Of a DNA stretch of 64,000 nt, positions 23,356-34,797 are shown in pieces. The notes below the pieces were generated by a model. It was not told the origin of the DNA. It did not search any database and saw only the letters and a list, made by a program, of their open reading frames with translations. How positions within the stretch are numbered: the stretch's first letter is position 1; each line of letters starts with the position of its first letter. This DNA is from Cystobasidiomycetes sp. EMM_F5 (taxonomy: Eukaryota). Both the position numbers and the translations under genes were made by a program. The DNA is taken from positions 248,001 to 312,000 of the forward strand of contig JBPGPT010000020.1 of the NCBI GenBank assembly GCA_051047955.1, written 5' to 3'.

Positions 23356-26300
23356 ATGGTCAGTTCCAATATGCCAGGTCTTGAGCCACTACCGAGGCAG
23401 CCCGGTGTCTGAATCGTCATCGATATCTGGGCCTCGATAATCATGGCCGTAGAGTAGGATTGAGAGTTGTAATGCTGACTTGTACTTTACATTCGCATGC
23501 CAGGCGCCTACAAAGAAGGGCAAGAAAGCCCTCGCAAAGACGGCGCTCGAGGTCGATGTCGGCGGGGGTGCAGGAACAGCGGGAGGCGGTAAGGCTGGAA
23601 AGCCGTCCAAAGCTGCGTTTGCAAAGGTGGGTGTGATAATGTGATACTGTTGGTATTGATTATATCCTGATGAGTATCACAGGCCGACTGGAGAGATGCC
23701 AGTAAAGCCAAACAGGCGTGGGTTTGATGGCATGGTCCCGCTATCTCCCATTGCTGACGATGGATAACGAACAGCGGAGTGTCGGATATGACCTTGCTGT
23801 CAACCATATCGAACGACTCTATCAATGATAACCTCAAGAAGCGGTTTGAGAATGCCGAGATTTACGTAGGTCGGATCCCCTAGAAGCGGTTGTCACGCAC
23901 TAAGAAAGGTTTAATCTTCAGACATACATTGGCCACGTACTCATCTCGGTCAATCCTTTCCGCATGCTGCCGATATACACAGACGAAATACTCAAGAGTT
24001 ACCGGGGCAAGAATCGTTTGGAAGCACCACCGCACGTCTATGCCATTGCAGAGTCAATGTACTACAACATGACTTCGTACAAGGAGAACCAATGTGTCAT
24101 CATCTCTGGAGAGTCAGGCGCAGGAAAGACGGAAGCTGCAAAACGAATTATGCAGTACATTGCGGCTGTTGCTGGACCAGCGTCAGGTGCAGCAAAAGGA
24201 ATCGCGGGAATCAAAGATATGGTCCTCGCTACGAATCCTCTCCTCGAATCGTTCGGCAATGCAAAGACACTCAGGAACAACAATTCGTCACGATTCGGTA
24301 AATACCTCGAAATTGAGTTTAACCGGATGGGCGCTCCGGTCGGTGCGCTCATCACAAACTATCTCTTGGAAAAGGTATAGTCATGTAGCCTGTGCCCCAC
24401 AGACTGATCTGAAGGCTATTGCTCGCAGGGTCGTGTCGTAGGACAAATCGAGAATGAGCGAAACTTCCACATCTTTTACCAACTGACAAAAGGCGCATCT
24501 GCAAAACAGAAGGAGGCTCTGGGTATATCTGGGCCGTCTTCATTTGCATATACCGCCAAGTCGAATTGTCTGGACGTACAGGGTATTGACGATGTTGCAG
24601 ACTGGAAAGAAACGCTCCAGGCCATGCAGACTATCGGTATATCACAGCAGGAGCAGGATGAGATCTTGCGAGCGCTAGCAATCGTACTATGGCTAGGCAA
24701 CGTGACATTCCGTGAAGATGCCGAAGGCAATTCGACAATTGCGGATGCGAGTGTTCCGCAATTTGTGGCGTATCTCATGGAGACGGACGTCGCTATGGTC
24801 AACAAAGCGCTCACGAGTCGTGTCGTAGAGACGCAACGCGGCTTCGGCGGAGCAGGCAGAAGAGGATCAGTGTACGAGGTGCCACTCAATCCCGCACAAG
24901 CTGCTTCGGCAAGAGACGCACTGGCGAAAGCGATATATTCAAATCTGTTTGATTGGATCGTCGAACGTGTCAATGTCTCGCTCAAGGCAAAGGAGCCCGC
25001 CGAGCTCGTCATCGGCGTTCTGGACATCTACGGATTCGAAATCTTTCAGGACAATTCGTTTGAACAGCTGTGCATCAACTATGTCAACGAAAAGCTGCAA
25101 CGTGAGGTAGCAATACAATCAATCGAATAAAGCTGATATGTTACCTTTCTTCAGAAATCTTCATCGAGTTGACACTCAAGACAGAACAAGAAGAATACGT
25201 ACGGGAACAGATCAAATGGACGCCAATTCAGTACTTCAACAATAAAATCGTGTGTGATTTGATTGAAGAGAAGCGCCCTCCTGGTGTATTTGCGGCCCTC
25301 AACGATGCTTGTGCAACTGCACATGCTGATCCTTCCGCGGCCGATAATTCATTCATCCAGCGTCTCGGATCGCTCTCTTCGCATCCACAGTTCGAATCGC
25401 GTGGCAGCAAGTTTGTTGTCAAGCATTACGCAGGGGATGTTACGTACAACATTAGCGGAATGACCGATAAGAACAAGGATGTCCTCAATAAAGATCTCCT
25501 TGACCTGGTAGTAGCCAGTGCCAATCCCTTCTTGCAGGGGTTGTTCCCAGATCGACCGGATCCGGACTCGAAGAAACGGCCACCGACAGCAGGAGATAGG
25601 ATCAAGTCATCCGCCAACGCGCTTGTCGAGAAATTGATGCGCTCTCAGCCGTCGTATATTCGGACAATCAAACCCAACGAACATAAATCTGCAACAGAGT
25701 ATGATCAGAAGGCTATCCTGCATCAGATCAAGTATCTCGGTCTGCAAGAGAACATTCGGGTACGAAGAGCTGGTTTCGCATACCGAAATACCTTCGAAAA
25801 GATGGTAGAGCGATTCTATCTCCTCTCGCCTGCTACTTCGTATGCAGGTGATTATACATGGACAGGCGATTCGAAGTCTGGATGTGAACGCATCCTCAAG
25901 GATGTCGGTATATCGAAGGACGAGTGGCAGATGGGAGTATCGAAAGCATTCATCAAGAACCCAGAAACGGTGAGTAGGTCAAATATAGCAACATCACAGC
26001 GCGCTGAATAGCACGTGTACAGCTCTTTGCGCTGGAGCATATGAGAGATCAGTACTGGCACAATATGGCCCGCCGCATTCAGCGAGCATGGCGCGCGCAC
26101 GTCCGGTACCGACACGAGTGCGCATCGAAAATTCAGAGATTCTGGATGAACAAGAAGGAAGGTATCCAGTATATCCGCCTGCGCGACTATGGCCATCAAG
26201 TGCTTGGCCAGCGTAAAGAGCGTAGACGGTATTCGCTCGTCAGCATGCGGCAATTCAGAGGAGATTACCTCGGTGTCGGCGGTAAAGGGCCATTCGGGCA

Positions 26301-27783
26301 AGCGTTGCGCGCTGCCTGCAACATGGGAGGATCCGAGTATGTCACATTCAGCATGAGATGCGAGCTCTTGGTGTCAAAGCTTGGTCGGTCCAGCAAGCCT
26401 AGCCCTCGATTCCTGATCATGGTGAGTCAGGACACGCCGCCTGCTTCTAACGTCCAGCACTGAGATTATGTTGTCACGCAGACGAACGGCGCAGTCTACA
26501 TTCTCATTTCGCAACTGGTTCAAAACAGACCAACGACAACGCTGGAACGCAAGATTCCTCTGACGACCATCCGTTCCATTGGCATGTCGTCATTACGGGA
26601 TGACTGGCTTGCAATCAACTCCGCCGCAAGCGAGGAAGGAGATCCCGTCATCTCGTGTGCCTTCAAGACGGAGTTTGTCACTCATCTTATGCAGCAGACC
26701 AATAATGGAGTACAATTGCTCATAGGGCAGAATATACAGTACGCAAAGAAGAAGGAGAAGCAGGCGACGATCAAATTTACCAGAGACGAAATGGTACCGA
26801 GGAACGATGTCTACAAGAGTCACGAAGTAAGAGTTCCGTCTGGCGAACCTCCTAATAGTATCTCGAGACCACCTGCCGCGCGTAAATCACGGCCATCTAC
26901 ATCAACTCGTCCAGTCAGAGCACCTCGAGCGGGAGCAGCTGCTGTGAGTGATAAAAGGGACGATGAGGTTCTTACTAGACCGGTGCTGATGTCTTGTTAT
27001 ATGTCTCAGAAACCACGAGCTGCACCGCCAAAGCCTCAACCGAAAGCACAGGCACTTCCGACTGGAGCGATGCCTGCTCCACCTCCACCGCCCGCTGCTC
27101 TTGCCGGACGTGTCAATGGCTCGTCTGTCGCTCCTCCTGCTCCTCCTCCACCTTTCGGCAGCGGTGCTGCTGCTCCAAGAGCGGCCCCTGCACCACCTCG
27201 CGCTCCGCTAATTCCGAAGGCTCCACTGCCTCCAACTTCAGTCTCCGCACCAGCCGCAAGGGCAGCCCCACCTCCACCTCCCGTTTCTCGAGCTGCTCCA
27301 CCCCCACCTCCACCCGCTGCACCGAGCGTACCGAAGTGGAAAGTCTTGTACGCGTTCAGTACGTCCGAAGTGGGTGAGATGCCATTGATCAAAGACGAGT
27401 TGGTCGAAGTAGAGCAGAAAGATTCGGATGGGAACGGGTGGTGGCTAGTCAAGAAGAATGGAAAGACGGGATGGGCTCCTTCAAATTACCTAAAGGAGGT
27501 GGTGGGCGCCAGAAATGGTGCACCTCCTCCACCTGCACTGGGGAAGAGAGCACCGCCCGCGCCGAATGGATCGTCGATTGCGAAATCGGGTCCGGCACTC
27601 AATGGATCATCGGGCGGTTCGACTCCAACGGGTTCCATACGTGGTTCTGCGGGCCGTGAGTGCAACTTTGGCCTTCTAACAACTGATTATGAGGACATGC
27701 TAATGCTTTTGTCTGCTGCTACAGGAGCCGATATGAATGCTCTGGCTGCACTGCTCAAACAACGAGGTGCGGGTCAGGGCTAG
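23356..27783 (+). CDS. MYO1: Class I myosin (motor, IQ, TH1, Pro-rich, SH3)
   Basis: Motifs GVSDMTLL, P-loop [27 protein letters not shown] site RRGSVY and [11 protein letters not shown]3 domain [20 protein letters not shown]. The first coding exon is probably ATG only (23356-23358, followed by GTCAGT). Confidence 0.95.
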
Positions 27784-27913
27784 ACGCCATGCGATTGCGG
27801 TGTGCACGACATGGACACAGAATACGATGCAATAAGAATGGATATAAAGCTACAGTGATGGCTAAGACGGAAGATGGAGTATTCCGATTGGACGGGATGA
27901 AAGATGAAAAAGG

Positions 27914-29030
27914 CTATAACAAGCGCATAGACCCGCCGGAGGGCAACTCGACGGCTTTTGTTGTATTGTCGTATCCTAGGAAAGCTTGTATGCTCGCCAG
28001 ATCTTCTCTGTCTCGATGAAGTGTTTTCCCAACTACACCTGATTTGTGCTTGAGTTCGTCGTCTGTATATGTTGTAAGTATTGTTCATCTAGGCACGCTA
28101 GATGTGACTGCCAACTCACGAGTCCTGATCCAGTATTTAGGCTGTAATAATTCAACCACACCTCCACCCACTTCTTTACCGAGATTGACCTGTCCCATGA
28201 GGGGCAGCACTATTGCGTCCCACGATTGTATAACAGCAATGCATTCGTGATTTGGCGTTGTATTGAGCGCTTCATTTACGGGTGCGATTGCGGATGCTGG
28301 AACACCGTGCGGGCTGTAAAAGATACTGTATGTCGTGTCCGTCGAAGCGTCTGTGAATGTAATACATGTCGTTCCGTGCAGTTTTGCGCCTGCTATATCG
28401 ACCCAGCTGTCTGTGGGGATGTAGAGGATAGCGATATCGTCTGGAAGGGAATGGTCACTCCATCCTGCTTCATTCGCGAGTTGGGAAAGCGGATTGGGGA
28501 GAGGATGCGAATCTTTTGCGGATGATGAATATGTCCGCGTCTCCGCTAGTGGTCTATCGAAGATCTTGAAGCCGTCTACTCTGTTCTTTGCATGGTGTTG
28601 CCCAAAGACTGGGGTGGATGGAGTTGCCGTCTTTAATGTAGCTTCGTGACAATGATCTGTAAATTCGTGGGACAAGAGAATCGAGGATATCTTGATGTTG
28701 CGGTCTTTCTCTAGTTGGGACAGAGTACTGTACGCTGGAGGAATAGCATGCGACTGCTCAGAGAAGAGGGGGACGTAGTCTACCTGCGATCCTGCCAGCC
28801 ACGGGTCGATGACGAGATGGAATGCATCGCCATCAGCAGAAGCGCGCCAGGTCAGCAACCAGGACGTGTCTGCGTTCTATTAGCAATAACATCACATTAG
28901 CACCATCATTGTTATCATATGTCAGCATCTTCTCCGACACACCAAACTGATTACCAGATCGTCAGCCGAATTATCACCACATCAGTTCTGCTTTGCGGGT
29001 CACCCACTGCGTCAACTCGAGCGACGCCAT
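27914..29030 (-). CDS. Metallo-beta-lactamase-fold protein
   Basis: Spliced N-terminus MASLELTH|L|NADTSWLL. Motifs VIDPWL, metal motif SHEFTDHCH, YSPHG and WIRTH|DE. Confidence 0.8.
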
Positions 29031-30049
29031 GCGGATAGGAAGATATGCAACGCAGTAAATGCAGACTGGCAGAAATCAGAGCTGGTCGTGGAAAAGTCTG
29101 CAAGTACCCGAGTTCAAGCTGATGGGCTGATGGGAAGGCACATAACCTGGTCCAAGATGTGCCCGCAGATGCTCGGGAGGACTCAATCCTACATTCAAAG
29201 TGCGAAAGCGAAAGCAGAGCTGATCCGTAGCCGCTTCTGCTCTCTTTCCTCATCTCCAGCTTGAAGCTTGTTCACCAAATGCTCGTTGATCCCACACCTG
29301 GCTGACTTCAAACCCAGCCTAAATGCTTGTATAGATGCCTGTTCCTTTCTGCCTTGACACTTCCACGCATCAGCGTTGGCTCCTCCGCTACCCAGCTTAT
29401 ACTGCAGTCCTTGAAGTTGAACACGCCTGAACAGCGGCTACATCTCATGGGAAGACGACTGACACCTCACTTGTTAAGCGATGTTTTCCTTTCTTGAGCA
29501 GAGAGGACTTGACGATGGCGCGCAGAGGATTGCTTACTCTCAAATGCCGGCTCCACGACAGGACAGGTGGATATTCCAGGCACCGTAAGATCTCTGCAGT
29601 GAAATGCAAAGACGCAAGAATACAAAGAAGCAATCGCCACTTATAACTTGGAGTGCGCTTTGCGCAATGGACATTAAAGACTATTTGAGTTTCCTCTGGC
29701 CTCACCGAGCGTCGAGCAAAAGGTACCTGTGGCGTGGCGAAGGACATTGCGTTGCAGATGCCCGGCTAGCTATGGATGGTGCCTGGTATTCTCTAGCACT
29801 TCGCATACGGAATCTACCATTCAGTACACATCAACACTGCTTACTTCATGCTTGCGTTGGCTAGAACACAGCGTCTTGGAAATTATTTCAGGAAAACTGG
29901 TCAATTAGACGGCGCTTGTTCGAGGAAGTACGTCCAGACTAGAATATCATGTATGCCACCACGATTACACGTCGATGATCCGTTCTTTCTTGACTTTTAT
30001 TGCGTCTTGCCGTTGTTTCACCCTTGCATCCGCATCAATAACTGCACCA

Positions 30050-33000
30050 ATGACTACCACTGCACCACCGCAAGCTGAGACTGCTGCACCACCTGCTGGG
30101 CGAGGTGGATATCGCGGCAGTCGAGGGAATGGGCGCGGAGGCTACTCGCACAGAGGTGGTCGCGGCGGTCACCACTCAAAGTCGGCGAGAAGTAACAACG
30201 ACGATGTCGAGAATGCAGTTCCAGCACTGGAACCAGAGTCGGACGACGTAGCGAGGCTCAGAGCAAAGTACGGAGACGCCGGGCAGCTGTCGCAGCTCCA
30301 GGCAATGTTTCAAGACTGGTCAGACGAGGACCTCTTGAACGTCCTGGCAGAGTCGGCGGGACAGGTAGAGCTGGCAGTAGCGAGGATTACAGAGGGTATG
30401 TACATCGTATTTCATTGGCGTCCTTGTTTTCGCTGATTCGAAGCCTTCAAATGCTAACCTGGACCGGTCGGACGGCTAACTTTTTTTGTTGATGCGGATT
30501 TTCTATGGAACGGCACTCGTATCCCCAGGCCACGCCGTACAATTCTCGTCAGTCAAGTCAAAAAAGGTGCAAAGAAATGACTCTGCCCGTCAACCGCCGT
30601 CATCGTCTGCTCCTTCAGGACCTTCAGGAACGCAAAATGCCCGTCAACCACAACAGGAGCAGGCTGCAACAGCGGATGGTACAGCTCAAAGCGGAACAGC
30701 TGGTGTACCATCCAGTGGACCAACAGGACGTGGGAGAGGATTCGGACCGGGTCGAGGTGGACCAAGAGGTGCATTTACCGGTCGTGGTCGTGGCGGTAAG
30801 GCAATGCATAGCTGGAGGACTCCGCGCTGTATCATCACTGCTAATTTGTATCTGGTATCCTCTACAGATGGCTTCAGAGGAGCACGTGGTGGGAGAGGAG
30901 GACCTCGTGGAGGATTCAAACCGCAAGCGAACGGACATGCCGAGTCGCGTGCGGAAGCTGCCGCACAATCTACGACTGACGGAGAAGCTTCATCTGCACA
31001 AGCTGACAAGACCGTCCAAGATGGTCCAGCGGAAGCGACTCCAGCTGCGACTGCTTCGTCCGAGGCCAAAACGACAGAGACTGCACCTGCCACTAAATCC
31101 AATGGCATACAGTCAAACGATGCTGTAGATGGACAAGCTAAACCCATCTCGGCAGCGGCAAAAGGAAAAGGACCAGCAATCAGACCACAACCTTCCACCA
31201 AAATGTCTTGGGCTCAGATTGCGCGGTGTGTTGCGAATTGATTATGTCTTCTGACTATGCAATGACTGATGCGTGTGAATTGTAACGAAAAGTCCACAAC
31301 CTCCTCCAGCACCAAAAGCCGTGCCGCAACCATCACCCCCCAAATCAGTCCAACAAGAAGCATCAGCGCCGACGACTACTGAAAACCCCGCCCCACAAAT
31401 CGGTTTGTCAGCTGCCGACGAGAAGGCGCCCCTTCTCGAGACGGAAAACAGTGCGCCTTCTGCCGATTCCGCGCAAACGCAGTCACAGCCAGATGCGGCG
31501 GCCTCTCGAGACCCGTGGGCTTCAACACCCGCAGCTGTCAATCCCGCCGAGCCAGAAGTACCTGCTCTTGGTGTTGGCGAAGGATGGGCAGACTCTATCA
31601 TTGCGTCAAATGATGTTCCAAGCACTGCACCTGCTGATGTCGAGCAGCACAAGAGGGCAGAAGAAGCGATCCCGCCGACCGGTGTAAACCCGGCTGGTCC
31701 ATTAGACGTCCATACGCCCGTTCCTGATGCTCTACCGTCCCAGCAGCCTGCATTCAATCAACCTAGTGCGCTTGCTCAGCCTTCTGTCGCTCAGAAGACC
31801 GAGAAGCTGTCTGCACCACCTGGTCTTTCAAAACGTACCTCGTCGCGAATGCAGTCGGACGCGGCTGTCACTATGCCAGGTCCTTCTCCGGATGTAAGTG
31901 GGATGGGCGTACAGTTTGGAAGTCTCAACTTGTTTGGCTCGGCGCAACCTGAAGCGGAAGAGCCTGTTCAGTCTAGGCAGTCTGCTTCTCAAGCACCATC
32001 CTCGACATCACTCTACAATGCTTCCACTCAATCGCAACAAACTCAGACTTCAGATGTGTCGTTGCAGCATGATGGTCTGTCAGCTATTGAACAGCCTCCT
32101 ACTCAGTACAGCTCGTACCAGCAGGATGCGCAAAGTCAATTGCAACAACAGCCGCACCAGGCGCAAATCCAGCAACAGCAACCAGCTGCATCTGCTCAGA
32201 CTGGGTACGGTCAAGAGCGGACAGGCGGACTACCAGGTATTGGCTACGGATCAGGTACCTCTGCGTACGCGTCTCGCTACCCGCAGACACAACAAGCGCC
32301 GTACCAGCAACCGCAACAGCACAATATCGATCCCTTTGCCGCACTTACCGGTGCTTCTCAGATTCAGCAACATCAGCAGCAGCCATCTCAGCAGTCACAC
32401 TACATGGGACAGAATGCCCTGTCGCAGTACTTTGCCCAACAAGCTCAACAACAGCAAAATCAGAGCGTGCTCTCATCTGCTTCCCCTGCTCCAGGCAATG
32501 CTCGAGATGTTGGCACAAATCCCAATCAACAGTCCAATACAAACGCGTCTGCCTATGGTGGATTTACATCTGCTATCGGTCAACCTCAGCAGCAGCATCA
32601 GCAAGGCGGGTACTCTGGCGATTACGCGTCCTTCTATCAAGATCAACTACGCACCTTTTACGGACAATACGACCAGCAAGCCAACAATCAGACTTCAGCT
32701 CGTCAGGACGATGACTCGAAACAAGGTGGAACGGCATCTCCATTTGGCGGGGTAGGTACGCATCAGCAAAGTAATCAGCAGCAATCACAGCTCCCTCAAC
32801 AGCAACAACAGCAATACCCGCCAAACATGATGCCGCCTTACGGCTACCCGTACTACCACTATGGAATGCACCCATCGTACGGCCAGCAAGGCATGAATCC
32901 GGGCTATGGCGGCTACAGCCAGTACAATGCGTATCCAGGCTACGGCCAGCAGGGCAATCAAGCCTTGAACGGAGCTTCTTCCGGCAGGCAGTACAGCAAC

Positions 33001-33273
33001 AGCGGCAATGCCAATGGAAGTCAGCAGCAGCAGCAGCATAGCCAGCTTGGAAATCAGCAGGCCACTGGATACCGCGGCTACGGCGGTAATGCGTCGGCTG
33101 CTCCCGGAATGCCCCACCCCAGCGCGTACGGTGCAGGTGGGTATGGTGGATTCAATGATTCACGCAACAATTCGTTGTCTCAGCAAGGCCAAGGCGTAGG
33201 CAACAACCAAGACTCGCGCAACAGCAACAACAAGGACATGTTTGGAGATCGTTTCTTCTCCCAAAACTACTAG
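30050..33273 (+). CDS. DEF1: Def1/UBAP2-like protein (CUE/UBA domain, RGG boxes, Q-rich C-terminus)
   Basis: CUE-like QLQAMFQDWSDEDLLNVLAE..VELAVARITEG|H. RGG repeats, MSWAQIA, AVTMPG..VQFGSL, and a long Q/G/Y/S/N-rich tail. Confidence 0.75.
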
Positions 33274-33606
33274 GGTGCGAAACATTACAAGCGGTCTGTA
33301 CAGACTTGGCATTGCGAGTGTCGTCTTCTGGACGAGTATGCACCGGATGTCTCACGTCCTGTCTCACTACCAAAAAGTGCTTGGTGCTTCCAGCTTCTCC
33401 CCCTTCATTCTTCGAAAGCCTTCTTTTCGTTGTGTGACAATTCCGAGAGTCAATGTACGAAAAATAATAAAGATGCCAGGATGCAGCGACGTATCGCGCG
33501 TTTCGAATTGGGGCGTACTGTTTGCGTCGCGTTTGTACGATATATTGAGGGTCTCCCGAAATCCAGCTTTGACCCAAGTCGACCCGTCTCCGCAGCTGAC
33601 TGAACC

Positions 33607-34397
33607 ATGCTCATCGTTGGCCTGACGGGCGGCATTGCATCTGGCAAATCCACCGTAGCCAAGCTGCTGCAGAGTCCCGAGAATGGGCTGCCGCTGATTG
33701 ACCTGGACGTGCTGGCTCGCGAAGTCGTGGAGCCAGGTTCGCGGACGTTGAAGAAGCTGCGCGCGCATTTCGGAGACGGCATCATCAAGGCAGAGGATGG
33801 CGGACTCGATAGGCCCAAGCTGGGTCAGATCATCTTTAATGACGAGAAACAGCGAAAGATCCTCAATGGGATCATACACCCGGCAATCCGGCGACGCTTA
33901 GCATGGAAGCTCGCTGGGCACTGGCTCAGCGGTGAGAAGATTGTGGTGGTCGATGCGCCGCTGTTGATTGAAGCGGGACTGTGGAGACTGGCTGGCAGGA
34001 TCGTGCTCGTTTACTGGTGAGCCTTTCGAATAAACACCGGAAACAGTGCTGATGAAATGGTTACACCAGCTCGGAACAGATTCAGCTGCAGCGTCTCATC
34101 GCGCGAGCAGGACCGACATCGACCGAGGAAGATGCTCGAGCGCGTATTGCATCGCAACAGCCTCTATCGTCGAAACTGCCTTACGCAGACTATGTCGTCG
34201 ACAACTCTGGAGATATGAGCGAACTCGATAAGCAAGTACAAGCCACAGTACAGAAGATCCGCAAACAAGTCAATTGGCCGACTTGGCTGTTGTGCTGGCT
34301 GGTGCCGCCAGCAGGTCTGCTGAAAGGTCTCCTCACAATCGTCTGGCGCTTATACTACAAGAAAGTCGGACAAGGAAGACAACGCCGCAAGTCTTGA
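33607..34397 (+). CDS. CAB5: Dephospho-CoA kinase
   Basis: Motifs MLIVGLTGGIASGKSTV, LDRPKLGQIIF, IIHPAI, DAPLLIE and ADYVVDNSG. One intron at ~34018-34069. Confidence 0.93.
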
Positions 34398-34797
34398 TAG
34401 CGGGAGCTTTTCCACGAATGCTCCGTGCTACCAATCCCAATCCATTCTTAGCCTGTCTATGACAAGAAACTCTTCGGTCTTAAACGGCTTTGACCTGCAG
34501 TTTGAAATGATGCGGAGTCGCGAGCAGCGATGCCTTTATTACGTGGCAGTCCATGAAGACAGAGAGGCGGTATTGACTGCGTAATACTGCCTCCTGTCTC
34601 GCAATGGACTCAACATTACGGACACGAAGCCGGCAGGTCTATATGGTGCATGACACATGGGAAGACAGAGGAAGACGAAGCACACGCACTGCCTGAATCT
34701 CACTACGGCGTCTTTACACTTGGCGGCCGCCAGGTGTCGCGAGAAACGTAACATCGTTCGTCACAACTTATAGGTACTGTTACAACCGAAATCTAAT

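Noticed and set aside
23081..23356. 91-aa minus-strand ORF between MPC2 and MYO1
   Set aside because: No ATG at the annotated start, no recognisable motif, and it occupies the MYO1 promoter and MPC2 3'UTR.
29190..29750. Open frames on the minus strand in the gap between the MBL gene and DEF1
   Set aside because: No homology recognised, and the putative joining intron (~33 nt) is too short for the local pattern.
32120..33060. CAG/CAA runs
   Set aside because: They encode poly-Gln tracts of the Def1-like protein and are not an independent repeat or array.
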